Source: Octopus sinensis
Lineage: Eukaryota
NCBI RefSeq assembly: GCF_006345805.1
Contig: NC_043006.1
Coordinates: 70,990,001 to 71,054,000, forward strand
Direction: 5' to 3'
DNA length: 64,000 nt
Shown: in pieces, positions 50,056 through 63,302 of the stretch
Layout of the letters: every line of letters starts with the position of its first letter
How positions within the stretch are numbered: the stretch's first letter is position 1
The notes under the pieces: generated by a model
Databases searched by the model: none
Seen by the model: the letters and a program-made list of their open reading frames with translations, nothing else
Told to the model about the DNA's origin: nothing
Translations under genes and position numbers: made by a program

Positions 50056-51232
50056 TCAACAGAAAATTACCAAAGTACCACACTTGCCATTCATGTAACT
50101 CTTGACTCTTTCTACCCATGTATTGAGTTCTATTTAACCTGTTTGTTCTACTCACATTGTTTGCATGCAGGTGAAGCTAAGTAACCTAGTGGTTAGAGTG
50201 TTCGACTAACAATCATAGTGTTGTGGGTTCAACACCTGGATCAGGTGGCATACTGCGATTTTGAGCAAGGCACTTCATTTCACATTGTTTCAGTCTACTC
50301 AGGAGAAAAATGAGTACCAGCAGGTGTGGAACTCTCTCTCTCTCTCTCTCTCAGTTTCCGTCTACCAAATCCACTCACAAGGCTTTGGTCGGCCCGAGGC
50401 TATAGTAGAAGGCACTTCCCAAGGTGCCATGCAGTGGGACTGAACCCAGAACCATGTGGTTGGTAAGCAAGCTACTTTACCACACAGCCATTCTTGTACC
50501 TTTTTCTGCATTTCCTTATATGTCTTTTAAGCTTAGTTTTGAAACTAAACTTTCTTTCAATGCACCAATATTTCAAGAACCTTTCTACTTGTTATCTCAT
50601 GGATGCCATGATTTTAGATTTTGATGATTCTTTTATGCTGCTGTGTCTGTTTCTCATTTGTTATTTTCCAAGTGCCCACACACATTTCATGGCAGCTGAC
50701 CATGAATCTCTATGAAGAAGTGTCTTTGCAGCATATGATATCACAAACAACAAAACAAAATTAGATTAAAAAAAAACATTTGTTGATATTACAACTACGT
50801 TAAAAACGTCATCACTCCACAACTGCTTCTAAAAATTTTTTAAAAAACCTAAAGCCTTATTCCTGAAAACCATATTAATAGCAAAATATTATATGAAAGC
50901 CAAATGCAAGGCACCATACCCAAACTATTTCCCTATTCCTGAAGAAAAGAGAAAAATCAGGTGTCAAGAGAGATTCAAATTTCATGATAACCTATCAGAA
51001 AGTGATACATGATTTCTGCCTTCAATAAAAATGGCTAGAATGACCACCTCAGTTAATTCCTTCCAGAAGATCTGAAAAACATCAATGAATGTCTGGAATT
51101 TTATTGTTCCAAAGGAAATATAAAAACTGAAATAATCTACAATAATAAAGAAATGGTTATAACTGGAGCAGAGATGCATTTTTATTAGAGCATTCTTAAA
51201 TACATTCACATACGCACACTAGAATAAGAATA

Positions 51233-51725
51233 GCCTGGGCAAATTTCAGAAAGCTTCTGCCCCTACTGGTGACAAAGGGCCTCTAGCTCAGAGTGAAAGG
51301 TAGACTGTACGATGCATGTGTGCAAACTGCCATGCTTCACGGCAGTGCAACATGGGCCATGACTGCTGAAAACATGCATAGACTCGAAAGAAATGAAGCT
51401 ATCATGATTCGCTGGATGTGTAATGTCAATGTGCACACACGACAGAGTGCAAACGCCCTGAGAGAAATGTTGGACATAAGAAACATTAGATATGATGTGC
51501 AAGAGAGACGTTTGGTATGGTCATGTACTATGGGTGGATGAGGAGAGCTGTGTGAAGAAGTGCCACTCCCAAACAGTTGAAGGAATCCGGGGTAGAGGTA
51601 GACCCAAGAAGACATAGGATGAGGTGGTGAAGCATGACCTTTGAACGTTGGGCCTCACAGAGGCAATGACAAAAGACCAAGACCTCTGGAGATATGCTGT
51701 GATTGCAGAAACCCAGCAAATAAGT
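51233..51725 (+). mobile_element. RTE-clade LINE 3' fragment
   Basis: AWAKFRKLLPLL...VKGRLYDACVQTAMLHGSATW...ERRL...GRGRPKKT.DEVVKHDL. Confidence 0.88.
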
Positions 51726-52994
51726 GAGTGCACAGATGTAACCTACACCAGTGTCACATAACCAGCCCCAGCCCACTCAAAGCATATATGTATACAATTA
51801 TGTTTTTCCTACAGCATTTAGCTCTTATTTCTAGCAATGTGTCTTGACACTCTTAGTCACATTTAGGGACAATTATATTTTTCCTTTAAGATAACACATT
51901 GTGCATGGCTGTTTATATTAATTCTTATGATGGACTCTCCCATTGTTAGACAATGTATAAAACTTTGACAATTTCTTACCAATTAACCACACAGATGATT
52001 TGTTTATAGTGATCAAATGTTTGTGTAGACCTAAGTTCACTCTCTCCATCAGATCAACATTGCCTGTACAGAAGCAATGGGTCCCACATGTCAGATGACA
52101 AATTGATTGCAGAGCAATGTGAAATGAAGTGCTTTGCTCAAGAACACAACACAACACCCGGTCTGGGAATTGAACCCATGATCTCACAATCATGAGTGCA
52201 ACACCTTAACCACTAAACCATTAATTTTTATATATACATATATATATATATATATACATACATTCATACATACATACACACACACAAATGTTAATATAGG
52301 GTGTTGAAAACTTTAACTGACATTATCTATGCAATTAGATGACAAAATCTCCCTCCATACCTATTCAAAACCTAAAATCAGAACACAAGGAATGTAGCTT
52401 AAATATAATTGTTTCATTGAAATTTTAGAAAATATAAAAATTGCAGTATAAGTGAGAATCTGAAGGGAAAGGCAAGAACAAACATCTTTAGTTGTTTAGC
52501 AGTATACAAAGAGCATTTTTATTGTGGCACCAGCACTAAAGAGGTGAACTTTTCTCCTGCAATTTGTCGCATTGCCCAGTATGAACAGAGATGACACCCT
52601 ATTGAATCACCTCTGTTTGTACAGGGCAATGTGACAAATATGAAAGATTGATGAAATGCCATTGGATGAACAGGGATGAAAGGAAGAAAAAAGCTAGATT
52701 TTGAAGGAGGAGACAGAGAGGATAAAAAAAGAGACGAAAGGGCAAAGTAATTAAAGAAGTAATGAAGAGATGGTAATAGTAGAATATAATGAAAGAGTAA
52801 TAGTAGCAAGCAACAGATGAGCATGAATGATAGATATTAGTTGTGAAATGGTCAATGGTAAACGCGTGATGGATATCAATCAATAATGAGTAATAGAAGG
52901 CGTAGGAGTGGCTGTGTGGTAAGTGTTTTCTACTATAGCCTCAGGCCGACCAAAGCCTTGTGAGTGGATTTGGACAGAAACTGAAAGAAGCCTG

Positions 52995-53013
52995 TCGTAT
53001 ATATGTATATATA

Positions 53014-53065
<52 letters not shown>

Positions 53066-53090
53066 TATATATATATGTATGTGTGTGCAT
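52995..53090. repeat. (TA)n microsatellite inside a SINE (representative)
   Basis: Direct reading; other (TA)n at 35853, 36309, 63264. Confidence 0.9.
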
Positions 53091-54668
53091 ATGTTTGTGT
53101 GTCTGTGTTTGTCCCTCCAACATCGCTCGACAACTGATGCTGGTGTGTTTACGTCCCGTAACTTAGCGGTTCGGCAAAAGAGACCGATAGAACAAGTACT
53201 AGGCTTACAAAGTATAAGTCCTGGGGTAGATTTGCTCGACTAAAGCTGGTGCTCCAGCATGGCCACAGTCAAATGACTGAAACAAGTAAAAGAGTAAAGA
53301 GAATAAAGAGTAATATGAAAGAGAAAGAGCAGAGGTTAGCTGCTGTGAGTGGGTATAAATAGTCAGAGTAGTAATGGTAAGAGACTGATAGATACCTAAG
53401 GGAGACTAAATAAAGGTTATGAGAAGGGGTGTCTTGAATTAAATGCAATCCCTTATTTATCAGGCAATGTGATGGTAGAAAAACTAATGGAAGTTACATA
53501 TTTGCTGGTTGCGAGAAAGAGTTGAGGGAGTGTATCAGATACCAATACGTTTGATGCAGTCCCTCATTGTTCAGACATCAGGGTGAGAGAGAGGTACTAG
53601 ATACTGAAAAGGGAATGAAAGCTGTGTGGTGCAAGATGAAAGATGAGAGCTCCATTAAATACTGATGAGAGAGAGAGAGAGAGAGCTGATGGGTGGGGAT
53701 TGGTAGTGTATGCTGTATGTGTGCATATATCATCATTGTCGTCGTCATTGTTTAATGTCCATCCTCCATGCATGCATGGGTAGGACTGCTGACAGGAGCC
53801 AGCCTGGTAGAAGATAGAAGACTACTACAGGTTACAGTATCTGTTTTGGCAAGGTTTTTATGGCTGGATGCCCTTCCTAACATCAATATAAATGAAAACC
53901 ACCTAGGAGGGTAATGTTAGCTAGAAAGAGAGTGATGAACATCAGTAGACAAGTGACCTGTGGGGGAGGAAATGTTTGCTAGCAGTACAAGTATAAATGA
54001 AGAGATGTATTGGATAATAACAGATTCATAGCAATCTCTTGTTACTCAAGGAACATAATGGCAGGAAGAAAGTAGAGACAAAAAATGTTACATTTTATGT
54101 CTCCATTGCTTCCATATTCATAAATGAACTACAAGCAAAAGTAAACACTTGACTGATAATAACATCATCACCATCATCATCATTTAACATTCACCTTCCA
54201 TGCAGGCATGGGTGGGATGGTTTGACAGGAACCGGCCAGGCAGAAGTGTGCACCAGACATCTGTTTCTGTTTTGGCAGGATTTTTACAGCTGGATGCCCT
54301 TCCTAGCATCAACTACCCAGTAGAGTAGACTAAATGTATAAATCTAAATACCAAAACTTCAAATTCCAGAGGTGATATTTACAATTCCATTGGCACTGCC
54401 TATTATAAAGAGGCAGCATCTTCCACCAACATTACTGGGAAGATCTAGAAACATTTATAATATATTTCTTTACTACCCACAAGGGGCTAAACACAGAGGG
54501 GACAAACAAGGACAGACAAAGCGATTAAGTCGATTCCATCGACCCCAGTGCGTAGCTGGTACTTAATTTATCGACCCCGAAAGGATAAAAGGCAAAGTCG
54601 ACCTCGGCGGAATTTATAATAGATTTACATTTATAATAGATTTACAAACTTTCCTGTTCAATCAGGAT

Positions 54669-54870
54669 GCAAGTCGAGAATACGGCCTTTAAACCTGGCA
54701 TTGTTAACCTAGAGATGGCATTTAAAAATCACTCCCTGCTCTGTGATCTGGTGGTTTGAAGCTTAAGCTGCAAGTTGAAAATATGGCCTTTAAGCCTAGC
54801 ATTGTTAACCTTGAGATGGCCTTTAAAATCATTCCCTGTTCTGTGATCTGATGGTCTGAAGCTTTGAGCA
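54669..54870. repeat. 101-bp tandem duplication (2 diverged units)
   Basis: gcaagtcgagaatacggcc at 54669 and gcaagttgaaaatatggcc at 54770. Confidence 0.85.
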
Positions 54871-54889
54871 GACAAATGTCTTGTGAGAG

Positions 54890-55080
54890 GAGTACAGGTC
54901 ATATGCGGAGAAGGTGAGAGTTAGTGATAAATATAACAGTGAATTCAGCAAGAAGGTTGGAGTGAGTTGGACTCAAATGTTTATCTTCTTTCATTCATTA
55001 TAGTTGTAACAAGGGTCCTGCTGAGTTTTGAACCATCATGCTTAGGCTCCCTAGTTCTGAACCAAGGTCTAGTATACAGC
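54890..55080 (+). mobile_element. Degenerate RTE reverse-transcriptase fragment
   Basis: KVRVSDKYNSEFSKKVGV...LLSFIIV. Confidence 0.45.
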
Positions 55081-56519
55081 CATAAAAGGCAAAGCCTCAC
55101 TTAGGAAAAATTAATTGTGTTGCCATAAAAGATATTAATTTCTATGCAGATATGGCTCAGCCAGTTAGATCAGTTGGTGTGGTGTATAACCATGTGAGCT
55201 GAAATCTTACTGGCAAGCAGTCTAGTCGAACTTTCTAGAAACTCCTTAAGGTTATAAAAAGCTGGCAAACTAAACCCTAAATAGAGCCATCCAGATGTCC
55301 ATATGAAGTCTTGCCACTCAGCTCCATGAGTTGGTCTCTCACCTTCAATGATTCCTTATAGAATGACTTATAGGGCTACACAGAATGATGTCCCTCAATA
55401 GTCCCATAGTAGATGTTCTCATTTTACAATTCATTTTTGTCTAGAATGACCTGAGATGTTACTCAAAGCTATATCAAACAACTTTTTTATAAGGCATTCA
55501 GATTTTTAAAAATTGTTTTGAATAATTATGAACTTAGTATTACTATTTAACATATTATACAGTGAAAACGTGTTTGTATCTCATTTGATATCTCTTGGAT
55601 GCTGTTCTGTTTATTCAAATGTTATATATGTGTAAATGCAAATGTTCCAGGTTAATCATTCCATTTGTAGAGGTGCAAAACTTAGTGGTTAGGGTCTTGG
55701 ACTCGTGATTTCATTTCCTGGACAGGGCAACACATTGAGCAAAACACTTCATTTCACTTTACTCCTATCCACTCAGTGTGGCTTAGTGGTTAGGGTGTTG
55801 GACTCATGATTCTAAGGTTGTGGTTTCATTTCCTGAACTGGGTGATGTGTTGTGTTCTTGAGCAAAATACTTCATTTCACATTGCTCCAGTCCACTCAGC
55901 TGGTAAAAATGAGTAATTCTGCGACTGACAGGTGTTCCGTCCAGGTGGGGAATATATAAAAGACCAAAGAAACTGGTCCCATGCTTCTTACAGAGTAATA
56001 CAGACTGACCATCATATCCTTACTGTCACAGTCTTCTGCTCACAGCTTTTATTCATTTACTTGCTTTTTGTCATTTGACTGTGACCATGCTGAAGCACTG
56101 CCTTGAGGGATTTTAGTTGAATGAATTGACCCCCAAGACTTATTTTTTAAGCCTAGTACTTATTCTATCAGTTTCTTTTGCTGAACCGCTAAGTTATAGG
56201 GATGTAAACACACCAACAGCGGTTGTCAAGCAGTGATGGTGGGGGACAAACACAGACACACACACATAGATATATACTTATATATACAATAGTCTTCTTT
56301 CAGTTTCCATCTACCAAATCCGCTCACGAGGCTTTGGTTGAGGTTATAGTAGAAGTCACTTGCCCAAGGTGCCATGCAGTGGGGCTGAACCTGGAACCAT
56401 GTGGTTGGGAAGCAATCTTCTTACCATACAGCCACGCCTGCACGTCTAATAATTCTGATGCCAAATTTTTTTCACAGTATATTTATGCTCTCTTCTTCAT
56501 ACACACAGGTATTATACAT

Positions 56520-56850
56520 CCAGTAGAATATGCTGGACCCATTTCTTTCCAGCTTTCACATATCCTCAATATTTGGCTGCTTTGTCTCACTATTCCTGTA
56601 ACATTGCATCTCTTACATCAGCATCATACAGTCTGCTTTTACTTGAAGAGAGATGCCCTTTGTCAGAGGTAATGGCTTCTTTAATTCTTTCCATTCCATC
56701 ATTATTCTGGTGACTATATTTTTGCAACACCACTCTCTACTGTTGATTTGATTACTGAAGAAACAGAATCTATCAAATTATGTTAATGAGCCTCTTTGGC
56801 CTCCGAGTCTTCATTTGTTGATAGCCTTACTGTGAGCTGCACCTGTGTAT
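56520..56850 (-). mobile_element. Degenerate RTE fragment
   Basis: KGISLQVKSRLYDADVRDAML resembles the 51.3-kb copy. Confidence 0.55.
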
Positions 56851-59762
56851 CTATCATCATCCTCATCATCTTCATTTAATATCCGTTATCCATGCTAGCA
56901 TGGGTTGGCTGGTTTGACCAAGGCTGGAAAACTGGAAGGCTGCTCCAGACTCCAGTCTGATTTGACATGGTTTCTATAACTGGATGCCCTTCCTAATGCC
57001 AACCACTTTGAGAGTGTAATGGTGCCACTGGCATGGGTGCCATTTGCATGACACCAGTATCTGTCAAGACTATGGTTTTACTTGGCTTGATGGGTTTTCT
57101 TCTCAAGCATATCATAAGGTCAAAGGTCTCAATCGCTCATCATTGCCTCTATGAGACCCAACGCTCAAAAAGAGCTTTTCATGTGCCACTGGCATTGGCC
57201 ACCTTCCCTCTGTGAGGCTCAATGCTTGAAAAGTACTTTTTACATGCCATTTATGTGACATCAGCATCTACACAATATAAAGTTCATCTTCTCTGTCAAT
57301 TTGACTGTATTCTTTCTGTACCCATAATCTATATTAAATATACAGAACTGAAATCCTACCTTCACTTATCTGGGCATATCAAGCACGGCCATTTCCTATT
57401 TAGTACTAGTTATATGTTTTCTTCATACTAAAACTTTTGCCCTTGTTAAATTGACGTTTAGGTCTCTTGATTCTGGATCCTACTTCAGGGTTTGAAGCTT
57501 TTTCTTTGGTTCTTCAGCCATAAGAATTGGACATTAGTATAGAAGAGTTCCCACTGGCTGTTAGTTCTGAATACTCTGTGAAGATGTTCTAGTTTTACAC
57601 TAACCCCTAACTATAGCAGCAGATATTTACTTCCCCACCTAATCAGTACAAAACTGTTAAGCAGTTGAAACAATAGTCCTAGGCACATCTTTAGCATCTG
57701 TCACATAAACAGAACCTATAACCTAAGGCTCCCCATGGGATTCACATGCAGTTAAGCTGTAGCAGTTTAGACAAAGAATACTGCTTGCAATACTAAACCA
57801 TTTACAAGTTGGGTCACTTTAACACATTGTTGCTATGCATGCAACACTAACGTCTAAAAAGCCTTTGTGTATGACAGCCTGCAAGCTCTTCCAAGCTAGA
57901 GCAAGTGCTTCTGGCTCTTTGCTAAGAGAATCTCTATCAAATTTGTTGATTCCTCTCCCCTCCCTCCACACTTGAAACTTTTCTTCTATAGTCCGACATA
58001 GCTACCATCAGGAACATATTGATGCCGGGAGTTAACAAGAGAACTTCTACATGGTTGCTCAGTTTGAGAAAAATAGCAGCCAAATTCTCTCAATTCATAG
58101 CTGGCTGCCTTAAAATAGGAATGCCTTATTGGAAAATGTAGTTCTGAGTAATCAAAAAGATGCCATGTTCCAGGCTGGAAAGTGCTTTGATCAGGCTGAT
58201 TAAAAACAGATTTTAGGTTTAACTGCTGGCACTACTACTACTACTACTGCTGAGAATGTCCCTTTCATTACCCTCAATTAATGTGTGCTTAGAAGCTAGA
58301 CTCCCAACCTACCAATGTCAAATTCTTCAATCCTTTTCTATCAAAAGGCATCTATCCTTATCTTGGAAACATGACACAGTGTGTTCCATCTTCAAGAAGG
58401 TTAAACTCTTCACCACTGCTGATTACAACTTATTACACTTACTTACAACAGCATGATGGTGATAAATACAGATAATAATTATCTTCTCCAACACCTGAGT
58501 CTCTTTCCCTCTTGTCAGAGACCACAAGTATATCTTCTGCAGAGTAAGGTCTACTGAAGATCTGTTCTTGTGTCACTCACCAGTAGCCGCCTTATTCTTG
58601 AAAAATTAAGTTGTTGACAACAACTTAAAGCAATAATCTTCAACCTTTTTAGCACCACAAACCAGTTTCATGCAAGACAATTTCCCCACAGACCAGGGGA
58701 CCATGCACATAACAAAACACAATAAAGTGCATAATATACAATATATAACTTAATTCAATCACTGCATACATAAATACATACATATCACCATCATCATCTT
58801 CCTCTTCTGTTAGATGGTTTGACCAGAGCTGGTAAGGTTTCTACAACTGGATGCCTTTCCTAATGCCAACCACTCCATAGAGTGCACTGAGTACTTTTTA
58901 TGAGGCAGCAGCATGTGCTTTTAACATGGTACTGAAAAAACACCCAGCAGATTGTGATAGTCAATAAAATAAAAATAAAATAAAAAAATTTATTCTTTGT
59001 GTATAGCCTGGTACCAAATGGTCTGGTATTGATCTGGTATGACCTCTGACTTAAAGTATTTTACCAAAGCTAAGCTTCCTACTCTTATAGTTCATTTGTC
59101 TCCCATTTTTTGGTGTCAGAATGCATCACTGCATTATGTACTGATGAACCTCTACCGACTTTGGTGTACAACAATGTTAGGTTATGTCTCCTACACGCTT
59201 TGTCTTGCACCTGAAAACCTATTTTCTTTCACCTCTAACTTTGCTCACTCCTCTGTACATGATCACATCCTTCATTCCTCCTTAATTTTCCACACATAGA
59301 TGTTCACATCTAACCTAGACATGTCAAACTTGCACTACCTTTAAGAACCATCGCCTTTCCTTCTTCACTTGGCCAACACACAACAAACACCTTCAAAGTT
59401 ACTACAAACCCTCACAATTTGTGATTAATTCTTTGGTAATTTCTTCAAATAAAACTTATATTCTTAAAGATTATCCTCTTTCTTCAAAGGCAGAAACTAT
59501 TTTAGCTTTGACCAGTTCCTGTCTGTCCACAAAATTCAAGTTTTGTTATCTTTTAATCATAAGAAAAGGTAGCGCCTATGATACTATGATTACTAGCAGT
59601 CTCAGAGGCCATGACAAGGACTCCAAGATTAGCGGGACAGGGAAGAAAGGTATCTTCAAACTAGAAACCAATCCTGAATGCTTGCAACAAGGTGAGCTCT
59701 GCTAAAAGCACCCAAGATGACAAGTGGTGCCTTTAGCATTCAGATTATTCTGTTAAATGTAA

Positions 59763-60107
59763 AAAAAGACTAAAGACCCCCTTCAGTCATGAATGATCAT
59801 GGGATTGCACCTAGAAAGTTCCCCTGCAAGGCACAAGTCCAGGCAAGGTTGTTTATGGAAGGCCAGAAGTCACCCATGCATACCAGCTTCCTCTCTCCAC
59901 ACCACTGATGTTATCCAAGGGAAGGGCAAAGGCCAGTACAGCTTGGCACCAGTGGTGTTGCAACTCATTTCTACAGCTGAGTGAACTGGAGCAACATGAA
60001 AAAGAGTGTCTTGCTCAAGAACACAACACAGAGCCCAGTTTGGGAATCAAACTCACTGTATCATGATTGTGAGCCCAGTGCTCTAACCACTGAACCATGT
60101 GCCTTCA
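59763..60107 (-). mobile_element. tRNA-derived SINE inserted in a TTAA MITE
   Basis: 13-bp TSD CTGTTAAATGTAA at 59750-59762 and 60108-60120. Confidence 0.8.
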
Positions 60108-60419
60108 CTGTTAAATGTAATGTTTATTTATTTACATCGTTTTGAGTTAATCATGCATTATCTTGTAGCTTTAATATTTCCATGATGTGACTGTTTATTT
60201 TTAGACTAACATTGTAGGGCAGGTGTGAGAGGGATAATTTGGATATTAAAAAAGTAGAATGTTAGGGATGGATATGGCCAGTTTAAATGTTAATTGGTTA
60301 AACTGGATGACAAATTAAACCTACTGCCCAAAAGTTGAACAAATAATACAGGGCATCTAGTTTGACCCAGAATGTACTGGGGGCCTTGGATTAGTGCTTT
60401 TTTATTGATTCAAAAAGGG

Positions 60420-60860
60420 TCTTCAGAATTCTCTCATCTGTGATGCTCATTGATCTTCTTCAGATTAGTCTCTAATCAGTTGGTCAATAAATGTCCTAGC
60501 AGGACGACCCAGGGCTGTTTAAGTAGCATAATAGGGCTTAAAGCAAATCATTGCACTGTGCCCTATAGTATTTATTAACAGCAAGCTCACAGCATACACT
60601 GACCAGAATTGGACCCTTGGCCCCTGCCAATTGTACCTAAGCCTTAAGGTTTATTTTCAGTCTACTGGTTCCCATATCAGCATTTAATTCATTACTTCAT
60701 CCTTGTTACGAAAGTAATATCCATAGAATCTGTCTTCTTTCCTTCATAGTAGAGGTAACTCTTGGAAGATCACCATAAAGAACTCAGTTTGTTATATGGG
60801 ATGTTCGTTTGATGTTAAATGCTGCTCTTGGAAGTTTTGTGTATGTTTCATCTCGTTTTC
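60420..60860 (-). mobile_element. Degenerate RTE-like LINE 3' fragment
   Basis: LYGDLPRVTSTMKERR...GRPARTFIDQL in broken frames. Confidence 0.6.
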
Positions 60861-60975
60861 TTGCCAGTACCTCACATATACATATATATGTAATATATTA
60901 CAAGCAGAAAATGGAGAGTTTTAACTGATAAAATTCAATTTCATTTAAGAACATATTTTCAAATTTCTCTGTAAT

Positions 60976-61245
60976 TCATCATCATCGTTTAACGTCCGCT
61001 TTCCATGCTAGCATGGGTTGGACGGTTCAACTGGGGTCTGGGAAGCCCGAAGGCTGCACCAGGCCAGTCAGATCTGGCAGAGTTTCTACAGCTGGATGCC
61101 CTTCCTAACGCCAACCACTCCGTGAGTGTAGTGGGCGCTTTTTATGTGCCACCGACACAGGTGCCAGATGAGGCTGGCGAACGGCCATGCTCGGATGGTG
61201 TTTTTTTTGTGCCACCGACACAGGTGCCAGACGAGGCTGGCGAAT
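60976..61245 (-). mobile_element. RTE-3'UTR short repeat (representative young copy; over 20 in window)
   Basis: catcatcatcgtttaacgtccgctttccatgctagcatgggttggacgg...ggatgcccttcctaacgccaacc; others at ~2636, 5320, 9975, 10850, 12440, 15625, 18100, 20050, 24770, 30350, 31440, 34875, 36351, 41090, 41685, 54160, 56860. Confidence 0.85.
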
Positions 61246-61399
61246 ATATATATATACATATACACACCTTTTTACCATAAGAGAGAATTTTTCTCTGTGG
61301 TAACTGCAGTGAACTTGCATTGTAGTAGTTTGAAATATGTTACAAACATACATTAACTAACCTAAACTTTACAACTCTCTCCTTGATCAATTTTCAAGG

Positions 61400-62050
61400 T
61401 GTCACCTACTTTCTGCTAGTGCAAAATTCTCAGGGGACTGGATTGATGCCTGTGGCCAACAGTGGAAGACTAGATGAGCTCTGCATCTCCATTGCACTCA
61501 GAGTGGGTGGGAGCTGACGTTTAGGGGACTGAGATGTCACTGTGGTAGTCCCCTCGACTCTACAGGTATTCACGGCCTGTCTTGCCGCCTAAATGCTGGT
61601 CGTTTCGCTCGTCACACCGAGCTAAACTTAATCATAAAGCAGACCCTGGCTCAGATTAATATCTCCTCAGTTCTGGAGCCGACAGGGTTATCCAAAAGTG
61701 ATGGGAAGAGACCAAATGGTCTTACCCACTCTCCCATTGCAAGAGGATGGTGCTTCATCTGGGACGCTACAGTCTATGACTCTTTTGCTTCCTCCCACAC
61801 CTTGGATGCTGCGCTAAATGGGATGGTCACTGCTTCCTGAAGTGAGCTATCTCTTACGGACGTTTGGAGGGGCTGGGCCGCTAACGGCGAGGTTCTTCGT
61901 TAGCGGCTCGCCTTACCGAATTGTCAGGTGATGCCCGTGAGGGTGCTTGGCATTTCCAAAGCCTTAGCCTCGTCATCACCCAATGGTAATGTTATGAGCG
62001 CGTTGGTCTGTTTCTGTAGGGTCCGTTGAAGTTTGTGGTATGCGACTAAT
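61400..62050 (+). mobile_element. 3' end of a CRE-like non-LTR retrotransposon (Zn knuckle + restriction-like endonuclease)
   Basis: HLLSASAKFSGDW...CHCGSPLDSTGIHGLSCRLNAGRFARHTELNLIIKQTL...LEPTGLSKSDGKRPNGLT...IWDATVYDSFASSH...GDAREGAWHFQSLSL, with frameshifts. Confidence 0.8.
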
Positions 62051-63260
62051 TGAGGCACTTGGTGTTGCTTTGATATTATTTTTTATTCTCCTTTTTTTTG
62101 TTTGTTTTCCTTTTGTAAAATATATTCCTTTCCCCTATATATATAAGGGATATAGAGATACTGATTATGAACAGCAACAATAATGATAGGATAATTTCAA
62201 TCCAAGTTTTTTTTTTAACTCACTATATCAGACATGTGAATCTCTACCGTATGTGTATTAAGAATGCATAATATGTCGCTGAGGTATTTCTCCAAGGTTC
62301 TATAATCTCGGTATTTTGTGACGACATTAAAAACCATAAACACATTCTTAAAATCATGCTTTCGAGGAAGATCGTACTGGTGGGTTAACAGACCACAACC
62401 CTTTAAATGCGCAATAACGACTTACGTATTACGCAATCGAACAGTAAAAGGATATTGCGTGCTTTGCTGCGTGATTGCTATCACATGACTAGCACGGACC
62501 ATTTAAACGAGTCCCTGAGACCAAAGACGCCGAAAATGACAGACAAGAAAATATTAATAAATAAAATCGAAGTTTAACACAGGTATTTTCTTTGTCCCCG
62601 AAACAGAATTATTTTTCACTTTTCCATATGATGATTGTTTAATTAATATTTTTTTTTCGTCATCTCAACGTCTTTTTGTTGAGTATTGGAATTTCTACCC
62701 ACTCGCTGTTACAAGAATCATTAAGTGCGGCTTAGTCGATCTCTTCATACAGACACAGATATATTCACCGGCAGCCGTCTGTGTCAGTAGCAGGAACTTT
62801 CAAGACGGACACAGACACGCAGTTATATATATATCTACCTACATATATTTATAAAGAAAGAACTGTAGGTACTTATACTTATTAGGTACTTATACGCTGC
62901 ATACCTCAAGTACTCACTATTTTCTGATATTTTTTTTTCAGTCGTCTTAAGAAAAAAATTAAAAAGCCGGTAAGTTTGACGTTTCATATTACTTTGATTC
63001 TCGAATTCACGTTTGTGTTCCACTCCTTAAAATATTCATTTTATTTTGTGTTTCCTGGATTTGAGATTTATACCGGCATGATGCCGGCTGGGTTACTGTT
63101 TTACGTAATGGTGTTGAAGTGGCGGGAGAGTTATTGAATGAACGACGGAGGGAGTGTGAAAGGGAGAAAGTTAGTGAAAGAGAGGTGGAAGAAGATGAAA
63201 GGAAGAAAGTCAATGAGGAATAGGATGAGAGGAACAGGGAAAGTAAGCGAAAATGCCAGT

Positions 63261-63302
<42 letters not shown>

